Translations under genes and position numbers: made by a program | Part shown: piece by piece, positions 40,721-52,432 of the stretch | Position numbering within the stretch: position 1 is the first letter of the stretch | Layout: every line of letters begins with the position of its first letter | Notes under the pieces: model-generated | The model's input: only the letters and a program-made list of their open reading frames with translations | Told to the model about the DNA's origin: nothing | Databases searched by the model: none | Assembly: GCA_000320545.1 (NCBI GenBank) | Contig: ADNK01000772.1 | Coordinates: 1-64,000 of the forward strand | From: Bigelowiella natans CCMP2755 | Lineage: Eukaryota > Protista > Cercozoa | Length of the DNA: 64,000 nt | Reading direction: 5' to 3'

Positions 40721-41520
40721 GTGACAGCCGAATCGTGAGAACGTGAACGCACACGCCAGCACGTCACGCATCTGAAAGTTCACGTTGCGACGCGAATTGC
40801 TAGATGTCCCCAATGCCAAGCGTAGCCACGCCAGCACGCATTGCGATGCACGGCTACTAGATCTGAGATGGACGTTCGTTGTGCAGCTCTGGAACTTGGC
40901 AGCTTGGCTAGTTGGCATTCTGTGGATGCACCAGTCTAGCAGTGCATGGCATCGTCTAGATCGTGTCGTCGCAGCACCGGTCGCACGGTGCATGAGAGCG
41001 TGCTAGCGTGCCCCTTCGCGCACTAGCGCTAGAGCGCATTTCAATCAAGCCTCATGCTAGCTTAGTCATCACAGGTCATCAGCCTGTCTAGCTGCTTAGA
41101 CAGAGCTAGAGAGACCGATGAAGCTCGCGATGTCTAGATGTCGTCAGCATCATCACCAGCGTAGCCATGCCACATGCATGTGCGCGTACGCACGTGTTGC
41201 GTTGTGCATAGCAAGCGAAGGAGGATTTGCACTGACATGCTAAATGATGATGAAGATGTGTTCAACCAAACAGCCAAACAGCTCTAGAGCTGATTCGTAT
41301 ATTTGCAGATGGCGCACGAACAATTATGGACAACGTCATATGTGTCTATTATGACACTGCAAAACCTCGTTAAATCCACCTCTGCATGTGGTACTAGCAT
41401 AGTCTTTTTGATGCCCGTTCGGCCGGTGTTGACTGGGTCATCCCTACGGCCAGCACAAGTGCTAATGAAGCACGATGTCATTCCTTGATGACTGAGAAGG
41501 GTTTGCTACACTTTTTGTGA

Positions 41521-42073
41521 TCATAGCATGAATTTCTTCCAGTTGACTTTTTCCATTGCAGCAAGGAGGTTGGATTCATTGGTTCGAAGATTTCGCAGAA
41601 GAAACGGAATTCTGTCATTCATTCAGAGATCTCAAGCATGTGGTGCTTTGTAGAGATAGGATTGTTAAAAACATAAAGAAAGTAAAGAAAATGCTGATTG
41701 TCACCTTAATTTCTTTCGGTATCTGATGGAGTGCAATGAGCTTGTGCTTTTTCTGCTTAAAGGCGTCCTCCCTTGACATTGCATCTCTTCTTAATCTTGT
41801 AAACACAGAAGACGCCCTTTCATCGTCCATCACACTATCATCGTCATCCTCGTTATTATTGTCGTACTTCCCTTCTGGTATATAACTAAGTCGGGCGTTT
41901 TAGTACCAAATATCACACTCAAGAACATTGAACATTGAACATTGGAAACAAGAGAGACTATACATTTGAAGAATAATATATCTTCAGATTACTACCTGTT
42001 TTTTTTAGAATGGTGCATTGCAGCTACACCTGGTGTTAATGAATTCTCAAAGAATTCCTTACTGTATCTATGG

Positions 42074-42121
<48 letters not shown>

Positions 42122-44878
42122 ATCAGAAAAATTCTTGTTCTGGTTAGACTTTAATCTTCTACCTCAAATGGTAAGCCTCCCATAGAATTAGTCGTCTAGG
42201 GTCAGTTGATATTTGCATTACAGTCTGAAAGTAAAGAGTTAGAATACATCTCACTCATAGCAAGTTCAAAACCCCTCCTTTTAGATCCTCATAAAAATTA
42301 TTTTGATCATTCAACATTGTCGCTAAAAAAAAAAATCTTTTCAAAAATGCTATTACCTCTTTACGATCGCAGTAGTGAAACAGATAATTCATGTACAGAT
42401 CAGACTGTTCAGAGGATAACAAGTACGACCATAGCGATTCCTGTGGGTACAAAACCGCTATCAATTTCCCTTTTTTACATTCTGGTTCTAAATCACATCT
42501 CGAAGCTTAATCTATGCCCTACATTCGTCATTTACCGTCCTTTCCTTGCATTTAGCGTTCACTCGTTGGGCCTCGGAATTGAAGAGAAATGTCCTAGAAG
42601 GGTATTATCTCATGCAAAGAGCACGTTGTCCGCGCTGGCACATAAGCACACACGTACGTACGTAAAAAAACGAACCCGAATCTACAATCATATAGATGAT
42701 CAAGTATCGCCATTAAAAACTCTTCAGTGAACTGATAAACACAAAACATATCAATGGATGCCAAAGTTAATTCCACGAACGAAGATACCTCGAACAACAA
42801 AGGAGCTTGTCGCAAAATTTGCCAAACACAATCCATGAACTGCACAAATATTGGACTAGGAAAGAGGAAAAGAATAGTCAATAGATAAACCGATTCAGAT
42901 CATAAATTGATGGACCTGCGTTGGTCATGGATTTCTGCATGTCCATGGCTATAACAACACACACAACATATAACGAAGGGATTCAAAAGGTTCTGTGTTT
43001 GTCGAGCATTGACCCGACTCTTTCCTCAAATTGATGGCCGAAGCTGAGCCATTCTTTCTCTATCAATGAAGCGAACCCTATATGGCATACAATAGCTTCA
43101 TATATGTACATGCACTATGTAAAGAAAGCACGATGATGAATTCTTTTCACTGCTATCACCTTTCATTGTCCTATAATATGGATCTAACATGAGCTGGGCA
43201 AGCGATGTTAATTGAGCGGTGCGGTCCCAACCGTCACTGCAGTGCACTAGACATGACGCGGCATCGGTCTTTTCATAACAAAATATTATAAAATTATCTG
43301 AGTAGTAATATTGCAAATTTACCTCCACACATTTGATAATTCTTTGTGTACCAAGAAGAATCTGCCGTATGTGATGTAACCACCTGCTCTGTGCCTAGAG
43401 GCAATCGATATCATAAGACGTAAGAGAACTCGATTTCATCACTTAATGACTTCGGTACCAAGGAGAAGAACGCAATAAGGTTACGTGTATTATCAATGTT
43501 TAACAAAATATTTATACCAGCTTTGAGTGCCATTCCGCAACGTCTAGTTCCTCGTTTGTGAGACAGAGATTCATGAGCTGCTCCATAGAAGTGCGTACAG
43601 CATGGATATTGTCGATGCCAAAGAACTCGATAACAGCTTTATCGTAATGATTGACGTTTTCGAAGCCCTTACCCATTGCTTTGTTCCCTAGTGCAGCATA
43701 TTTCGGTCGTGCATCGAACAGATACACACAGTCATTGTTGCTAGGGTTTATTATCCGCAAGGTATTGAGATATGTTTCATCTTCCTTGCCTTAGTAAGTG
43801 GATAAAACGAACAGGAGAAAGGTCAACCAAACTTCAAAGACAACCAAAAAATTAACTCTCGCAAAAATATGATGCGAGTTTATGGTTACATCTCGCGCTT
43901 TGAATTCCGCCTAATGGTTGGGCTGAGCGTGATATAGTAGCCTTTGTTCTGGGGTGTATGAACACCACCGCAGGAATGCGTCCACGAGAACGAAATTTAC
44001 CTTATGAAGGAATAACATAATATTACACATCTCTGTTCTCTCACAACATCTCCCACGTGTCATATCATGTGCGTGTATTTTATAATAAGTTTTATTTCGA
44101 CAATTTTTTTAAATGTATTCGCTCCACATTTCATTATAAATATACCGATTACGCCGAGTTGCTGGTCGGAGATATTAGCAGGTACTACGATCTGGCTTGG
44201 ATACGTAGGAGAAAACTTATAGTCAAGGTTCTTTTTGGAAATCCGCAGGTAGTTTATTTTATCTAGCATTTGCATGCGCATTATATCAGCCTCCACATCA
44301 TAAATCGACCACCCATCCGAAGGACTAATACATCCACAATATTTCAACCAAAAAAAATGAATTTTAATAATAATGTTGAGATGGGGTATCATAAATAATT
44401 ATAATTACTTCAAATTCTTTTGGAATATTGGGATATTACTCTTTGGAGGGTAATGTCTTAGAGAACCCAGGCAGAGGATCTCTTTGAAACTTTCTGGTGC
44501 ATCCGTCATCGAGTTTATGTGCAAATGCAAAAAGTTTTTCTTGGGATTCCGGGAATGCCATCGTTCGCACCGATTGGCACAAGAAGTTGAGAGGAATCTG
44601 TGAGTATCATATCCACCATCGGAGCGATATTCAATACTATATTGTTGAAATTACGAGAACTTTAGAAGGATCATAAACAAAGATGATTTGACGAAAATCC
44701 TTGCAAACTATGCAGAGATCTTGTAGCTTTCCTCTTTTCTTCGTCTCAATTGTTTCAATGGTGGCGACAGGTATCGATAGAGGCTCTAGGGTCAGAGTTT
44801 GCTGGAGTACACAAGGAGAGAGTATTAATATAGTATAAATATATACATATATATAATATACACACATATACACACATA

Positions 44879-44917
<39 letters not shown>

Positions 44918-45692
44918 CTTATATGTATCTTCGAGCACGACAGGCAAACCTGGAAGAGGATCCGAAAATTGGTCAATGTTAAAGTTCCATGTCTAATAAT
45001 CTTCTCGGTGAGCATGAGGGAGATCTCGGATGGCTTGAGTATCTGACTTTCTCCAACTAACATTGTAGTAGAAGGAATTGACGACATCGATTGAGGCCTT
45101 CCAAGCATACGTCGCCGTCTTTGGAAGGTTACGGGGCCATAGTCTACGAATAACCCAAGAAATTCCTCAAAATATATCGATTCTTTATCCGGAATAACAC
45201 TGGAAGGTATCCTGATAGACGCTGCTGCAGCGGAAAATTCTTTTCTGTCAAGGCACATGCCACCTTTCCCATATTCCAAAAATAATCGATATGCTGCTCC
45301 GCAAGAGTGTTGGAGGCAGGCAAGTAGATTTAAGAAGTTCTTGGCCTCTTTTTCCTTGAAAAATATAACTTCTTTCGTAAAATTCTTTATTCCAACAGAT
45401 AGCTTCACTGTTACTTGATCCTTCGTCTTGATAGCAGATACAATCGAGCATGGAAACTGTGCTCCAAGTAGATATAAGCAAGGATTACGAAAGTAATTTT
45501 AGTTTCAGGCTGAATATTCTTTTAGATTTGACATACCCTTCTTTCTTTGAAGTTTTGGTCCACCTTCTGCTTACCAATGATGAGCATGCAGGTTGAGAAG
45601 TTGAAGTAAAGTTTATAAGCAATTGTTTTACTCCACTTTCTAGTCATCACATGGAAATTCATAGAAGTCATGTTTGACCAAAGGATCAACCT
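41521..45692 (-). CDS. Myotubularin-family phosphoinositide phosphatase with PH-GRAM and an extra N-terminal region
   Basis: Catalytic [72 protein letters not shown] and [18 protein letters not shown] segment [12 protein letters not shown]...CKDFR. Both ends approximate. Confidence 0.9.
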
Positions 45693-46744
45693 AAAGATGC
45701 ATGCAATATGTAATCTTACAACCAGCAACGCTGATAATTTTCCCACATGTTAACAGATGCTATGAAAATGAAGTATCGTTAACATGTTTTCTGAATAAAC
45801 TAACAATTAGTTCTCAATAGATCGGAGCTTTCCTCAGAAGTAATACAACCTGAAGTGTTTATCAAGTGTCTGCAATTATGCCTTCCATGGGTTTACACAG
45901 CATTATTCAACTCCGCATGTCTTTCATTGCTTGATGCAAATAATTCTTCATGGCTTAAATTGCGCTGCACACTCGATCAAACACAGCAGCGTGGGGAGCA
46001 CATGTTGCACAAAAGTTTAAAATGTTGGGAAACGATTTGAGTATTTGTAATACGTCAATCATATTTGCTTGTCTCTACGTAAAAATTAATCGAGTATGTT
46101 CTTGGTGCAATAAGGAATAAAGCGCGGGAAAAATCATGTCCAAAGAAACGATCTTTATTTTTTTCAGGAGCTCTAAAACTGGAGTAAAGCACGAAGAGAT
46201 TCCAATCCAACAACTCACAACTAAGATGTGCTAATTTTCCTTTGATTTGAACCATGTATTGGTAAAATTATATGTCGCAATAAAAAAATGCAGAATACTT
46301 TCTTGGTAACTTTGAAATTATGGATCTTATGTTTATGGTGTCTGCGGCCCGAGCGTTCTCACGATGTTTTTTAACCTTATATTTTGCCCCGGTTTTGTTT
46401 CCCTAATTAGGGAATCATGTTGTCGACATCGACTTTTGAATGTCGCAATGAAGAAATAAATTGAATCAGCTTTGATTAAGCCGAATCTTTCCACCAGAAA
46501 ATCTGGCTTAAAATTGAGTAGCAAAAGGAGAGGGCGCGTGAACTTCAGCGAGGGCCCCCTTCGCCTGTCTACCTCATTTCATAACGGCATTAGTAAGAGG
46601 TTCTGTATCTTTCCAATTAGGCATACTGTAAATCTAATTTATGTTGATGAAGAGTCTTAGAACATAGAAACCTCATGCGATTCCATGATGAAATTGGATT
46701 TTTGGTTGCAATTTCTCGACAGGCCACCTTTTCTCGAATGAATA

Positions 46745-48388
46745 ATGCAATCTGACGAAATTCCAAATCCAAGACCTAACAGGTCATTGGTACGAATAGA
46801 CCATAGCTCTAGATCAGTATCTGTAACATCCTCGCCGGCGAACGCAAGTGATCCGAGCTATTCGCCGAGTAAAACTCCCAACCGCGTTCGTGGGAGAGAT
46901 ATTTTTCCCCAACCAAATGTTGAATCTCCTCGTATCAGACGAAAGTCACACTTATATTATCGACTGGATTCAAAAAACACTAACAGTTTCGATGGACGAT
47001 CAAGCTGGCCTACAAATGCTGATGGAAAGTTCACACCTTCGGGTGTTCGAAGAGTAAGTAGCACAAACAATATATTGACTCATCGAGGACACATTGAGCA
47101 TTGCGACGATGGTTTAGATACTGCACCAATATCGCAACCGAATAGGAGAGCAAGTTACATCTCAAAACGAAGTAATATTTCACGTGGGCCATCGGGTTCT
47201 CGGTTCAATTCTCGTCGCCACTCATTACCAGTTGCAACCAGCCGGCATATATTATCATCACAATCATTCCTTGGAGGACATTCAAACCAGAGCAAAAGTA
47301 CAATTAGAGATCCGAGGCGGCGCTCGGCTAAAACGTTTTACGATGCAACTATTGCTAGTGTAACAGCTCAAAGAGATTCCAACAGCGAAGCTTTTATGAA
47401 TGCAACTGGCATTTCTGGTATACATATTGACATCTCAGATGACGATGCAGGTTCTAGGCTCTCTTCTCGAGTATCTAAGCTGTCTCATCGTGATGCAGCT
47501 ACAATGTCGGCGTACAGCCCATCATCAGACGATTTAGAACCTCGTTTATCCCCGCATCAACGGTATAGTTATCAGCAGTATACCTTTTCGCAGTCTTCAG
47601 GTTTCGAAGATTTTTCTGTTCGACAATCCATCGGCAGTGATGAAATTCAAGATTTTTCAGAGCCTCGGTTATCTTCATCATCGCGTGAATCGCCGTTCGC
47701 TCCTTCGATGCGAGAATCATCGCCTTTCTCTCGTTCCAAATCGGAAGATACTATGGATTTACAACTCCCTCCATTTACTGATGAAATTAAGATGACCAAT
47801 CTAGATGACAACTGTCTCTCTGGATACTCCCGGTTCTCACAACAACATAGAGGAAGTTTGAATCCTCCTTCTCAACGACATTCCTTGCCTTCAATGAGGG
47901 CTGCAACATTTGCAAATATCCAAGGTGGAGATGTTTTTGGACAACACCAATCTTCGTTACCTGAACCTACTCCATTGTTTGGGCGACACACCAAAAATGT
48001 CAATAAGGGAAATCAATATAGCCGTCGTGGATCTCTAGGTGCATTTTCGTCCAGGCATCCATCTGGATACCTTGAGAGTCCACACGAAAAGCGAAGTAAT
48101 TTTAATGGTTTTGGTAGCGAACGAAAGCATTTCTTTGGATCTGATATTTTATCACCCCACTACAATTCCTCAAATAAGATAAATTTCGCTTCAAGGAGCG
48201 CCAGACGACTTCCAAATGGGATGGCTTGTGAAGCATGTAGGGTAAGAAAAGTCAAGTGCGACGGAAATCGACCCTGTGATAAATGTATATGGCGCAGAGA
48301 GGAATGTCGAAATTATTCTCCAAAAGTTCGAAAATCTTCCTCTCGGAACAAAAAAAACATTAATGCAAAAACAGTAGAAGATAAATAG
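46745..48388 (+). CDS. Single-exon Ser-rich protein with a C-terminal Zn(II)2Cys6 cluster
   Basis: 547-aa ORF ending RRLPNGMACEACRVRKVKCDGNRPCDKCIWRREEC followed by a basic tail. Confidence 0.9.
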   Translation: MQSDEIPNPRPNRSLVRIDHSSRSVSVTSSPANASDPSYSPSKTPNRVRGRDIFPQPNVESPRIRRKSHLYYRLDSKNTNSFDGRSSWPTNADGKFTPSGVRRVSSTNNILTHRGHIEHCDDGLDTAPISQPNRRASYISKRSNISRGPSGSRFNSRRHSLPVATSRHILSSQSFLGGHSNQSKSTIRDPRRRSAKTFYDATIASVTAQRDSNSEAFMNATGISGIHIDISDDDAGSRLSSRVSKLSHRDAATMSAYSPSSDDLEPRLSPHQRYSYQQYTFSQSSGFEDFSVRQSIGSDEIQDFSEPRLSSSSRESPFAPSMRESSPFSRSKSEDTMDLQLPPFTDEIKMTNLDDNCLSGYSRFSQQHRGSLNPPSQRHSLPSMRAATFANIQGGDVFGQHQSSLPEPTPLFGRHTKNVNKGNQYSRRGSLGAFSSRHPSGYLESPHEKRSNFNGFGSERKHFFGSDILSPHYNSSNKINFASRSARRLPNGMACEACRVRKVKCDGNRPCDKCIWRREECRNYSPKVRKSSSRNKKNINAKTVEDK

Positions 48389-48969
48389 CACTGCCTTGAA
48401 ATAGAATGATACAATTGATTACATGCTTTCTCTTATTGCCTGTGGACAAAACGTAGCTACAGGTATGTAGTTCATCCATTAGCGAGTCCGAATTTTGTGA
48501 AGTGCAGATTTATATCACTTAAGCATTTCATAACACACAGTAGTTATTAATGAGTTATAAAAAGGATGGACAAGACTGAAGATGTACATGAAGGATAAGA
48601 TTGACGAACAACTGAATGATGAAATACTTTTATAAGTAGAATACTTCTCTCTGACTTGAAAAAAGTCAAACATAAGCTGGAACTTCAGTGGCTTTAGCAT
48701 GTTCACACCACCATGCTATGATTCGTGGTGAATTACGTTGGAAGGATCATTTTTAATAATAATAATATCACCTCAGTGATAGTTAAATTACATGCCACAT
48801 CTTTCATCGACGTGTGTGCTTACATCAACACCAACTCAAGGTCAATGCCTACCTAGCTATTGGAGTGTTGTCAAGTATTTCATAGATACGGCGCGCACTC
48901 TCCACCTATTTCCAGCTAAAGAAAACAAAGTGAGCACACATACGCCAAGCACTTACAGAAATCACGCAC

Positions 48970-49500
48970 ATCTCTAGATTTAGACATCTGGAAACATCTA
49001 GCAAGCTCTAGAGCTAGACCTGGTGCATGGACGGCTATGTATTCGATCTTCTCTAGTTCTAGCAGAGTTTTTTATGAGCGACAGTTGCATCGCTCTAGCG
49101 CTTGTTGCGCACAAAGTACATGAAGCTGCCGGAAGCTACGTTACATGGTTCGAAATGGTGAAACTAGAATCACAAGTCAGAGTAGGCCCATCTAGCCATA
49201 TCAATGCGAGCTAGATAGTGCAAGCTAGCCTTGTATGCGATAGCAAGATGGAGATGGTGCTGTTGTGCGCAGCAGCCTACCTAGCTGCTACCTACGCTAG
49301 TACGCCACACAGCTAGACAGCATGCTAGCATGGCAAGTAGTTGTGCGTGGCTTAGCATCTCGAGAATCCAAACTGGGGACAAGCCTAGAAGCTCTAGAGC
49401 TAGCAAAGTCTAGATGGGACACTTTGGTTGCATCCATGTGTGGCACATGCTAGCATGTCACACACTAGCACACGCTAGCAAGTTGTGTCCATTGTCGCGC
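48970..49500. other. CTAG-dense intergenic island
   Basis: About 22 CTAG in ~510 bp by manual count, non-periodic. Confidence 0.8.
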
Positions 49501-49717
49501 AAAAATAGAACCAACATTTATCAGATGTGAAAGTTCGTACGTAGCCAGAAAATGAGCAGTGTCGAGCCTTTGCTCTCCAACGTGGCATTGGTTTTATGTG
49601 TTTTCGCGTGACATAAACCTACTCCATACATACCCGATGGTATGAATGTTGCACCACCGACCTTCGAGATCTCGAAAATAGCTCATATACAAGTTTGCAG
49701 CACTGATATTCCAGATC

Positions 49718-52143
49718 TTAAACTTTATTCGATTGACTAAAAGCATGCAGTTCAGCGCTGACGTTAACTAACTGCAAACGCAACTTATCCGCAGATTGCG
49801 GTTTTTCTAATGCGTCCTCGAGATTGCCGACCAAGGCTTCAAGTGATACCTCCTTTTCGTTAAGGATTATGTCAAAAAAGTCGTCCCAGACCTTGGACCT
49901 CTTGAAGGAGGCACGAGTTGACCGCTTCCAAGCCCCACTGCAATCCTGCCGAATGGGCTTCAGTTTCTCCCCTGCATACAATAGTCGATGCACTATATCC
50001 CCTAATGCATAGGTATCGAGCTGGAACGTGAATGGTTTCCCAGCTTTCATTTCTAGACATGGAATCGTTACGCGCTTGCTATCTGGGTAGCAGCGGAATT
50101 GAACCCGATCAGAATACATATCGATGTCGATTGCATCATGAAGTTCAGAAAGAATCAGTCCTCTCTCAGCCCAACCCCCCTTGTGAGAACGGTTCCACGG
50201 TGGTAACTCTGTGATTTGGTGGAGAGCTATGTGGAAGCTCTTCGGAGATAAGCGTCCGTGAATCATCCGAGAATTGTGAAGACTGCTTACGGCATATAGC
50301 ATCTCAATTGCGAAGTAGAGAACAACATTCTCTGCCAACGGCTTCTGGGTCTTTTTGGACATTCGAAGCACGTCATGCATTGTGCTCTCCTCGCATACCT
50401 AGATCATTATTCAAAGTGGGAATTAGGGCTGAGTTCTCGTGTACAGCATTGACTCTTCAACAACCAACTCAGTAGTCAGAATCATATTTAACAGATAATA
50501 CAAGATACATTGCATACCCTAAAAAAAAATATTAATCTTGTTATCGGATCTTTGTACCGGAAGCACGCAAGCGGAGAGACCCTTAAAAAGGAATGAGGAC
50601 GAGACTAGAATGAACTTGCCCTTATTCAACAACCCCGCGGAGAGTAGCTTCCTCGTTACGTGCAAGGGCCAAAGGTTCGGGGGTGACGCGATCGCTAGCT
50701 CAACCATCGCATTGGTATCGCTATCCATATCTAGCGCTTTAAAACGCTGAATTGTCCCTATCTTGTGCAACTTTAGCGCAATATCTAAAGAAAGTTCTTC
50801 AAGATCGACCATGGTTTCGGTCCCATTCACAACGTCCTCAAATTCGAAATCGCAGGCCTGATTATGAATATTTTTGAAGCTCACTCCATTAATTTGAGAT
50901 TTGAGATCAGCTGCTGCCGCTAAGAAAGTATTGCGCGCTTTGTCGTCAAATGGGTCCACGGTAGCTCCTTCCGCAATGGGGATGAGTGTAGGTTTTGTCT
51001 TTCTCTCCATTCCCGTTGATCCAACAGGAGATGGGGAAAACGCATTCGCTGCTGCATGTTCTTGAGAAGTCTCTAAAATTGGAGCAAGTCCAGAGGACCC
51101 CTCCTCAGGGGGAACACATTGGAGCGGGCTTAGGGAGTGGATCGAATTATGACCTCTGCTTCGCTGATCCTCAATTTCAGCATTGAAGAGCTTTTTATCG
51201 GAGGGATCAAATTGATGACTGACGGGAAAACTGCTTTGATCCGAGATATGGTTGTCCCCAGCACCACCACCTTCATTTTCAAAGTCGCAGAATATTGAAA
51301 ACCCAGGGCTCGCGCCAGTTTCAGCCCGTTCACCACTCCCTGGTACCTCTGCATGGTGCGCAGGTGTGGAATGATCAGCGGTATCGTCTTTGAACATAGC
51401 AAGGACATCGGACATGGCCTCTTTCGTGTGGATTGTCGGTGACGGAGGGCCTTGAGCGGGGGCAGGTGAGGGAATATACATTGGCTCTACTGAAGCAACA
51501 TCTCCAGGATTTTCTGCAGGCTTTGCTCTCACAGGAGTCGTCTCGATTTTGCGCTCGCCTGGTGTTATCTCTGCCCTCTTTTTTCTCCAATAATTTGCTT
51601 TCACCCTCTTCTTTTGCCAATATATCATTGCACGGTACTCCTCAAAGCTGGTTTCTCGGCCTAGTGCGGTGAGGATACTCGGATCGTACCCAGAAACCGA
51701 TTCGATCTAGAATTAGTTAATCATGTTATATCAAAGGTTTAAGCAACTATTTAATGTCATTCCGAAGGAAATTATTCTACTAGATTGCAAACCCTAGACT
51801 TTGAAGATGTGGCCTTAGGTTTCTGGGTCCTTCTGAAATCCTTAGATTCCGAGTACGACAGTCTAGGTACAGTAGCATTCTCCTTATCCAGAGAGGGGTC
51901 ATCAGCTGCGTCTCCACCGTTTCCAAAGTCGTTGAAGATCTGAAACATGGGTGGTGATAAAGAACAGACTTTCCAACAACTAGAAAGTGTCCGCCGCGCT
52001 CCGTTTGGTAGGGTTTCCGGGGGGTGCAAGGGAATGAGCAATGAGCAACGAAGAGAGAGCTCACACAAGCGGCGTTTTCCCAATTGCGACAGCACAGTTG
52101 TCTCAGTCTCTGTCGCTAGATCTGCACGGATCCTCAAGGGCAT
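49718..52143 (-). CDS. BUB1: Bub1/BubR1 (MadBub)-family spindle-checkpoint protein with a pseudokinase domain
   Basis: ABBA-like FQIFND, KEN (DKEN), GLEBS ETSFEEYRA, CD1 PSPTIHTKEAMSDVLAMF, ABBA FSIFCD and a Bub1-type C-lobe (YFAIEML..IHG..GGWAERGL..CLEMKAGKPFTFQLDTYAL). Start uncertain. Confidence 0.85.
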
Positions 52144-52432
52144 TCATGTGCAAACAGCTTTTTAGCAACAGGTTCCCGCGCCGCCGAAATATTTTGAAAA
52201 TAAGATTAATTGTTCGTGTTCTCGTCGTCGATCCGGAAAACTACTTTCCACCGGATCTAGATCTAGGGATCATTTATTTTCCGGAACGGCAGGTCTTTTT
52301 CTTGAAAAAAAATGGTTATGTTTCATGTCGCGTTGAAAGAATCTATTCCTATTTTGAAAACGTCGCAAGATTCCACTCCACGCGCCCCCTACCACACAAA
52401 ACATCGTTCGAGCTGTGACCTCAAATCCCCCA

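Noticed and set aside
35900-41000. Many long overlapping ORFs on both strands, e.g. 437 aa at 37592-38905 (+)
   Set aside because: Artefact of TpA loss, which removes TAA and TAG stops in all six frames. Only the minus-strand pol fragments carry real motifs.
33910-48388. Fungal origin or contamination implied by Zn2Cys6 genes
   Set aside because: The genes are contiguous with presequence-bearing, alga-like genes and lack fungal TF accessory domains.
48970-49500. CRISPR-like or tandem array suggested by recurring CTAG
   Set aside because: No constant repeat unit or spacing, and the context is eukaryotic.
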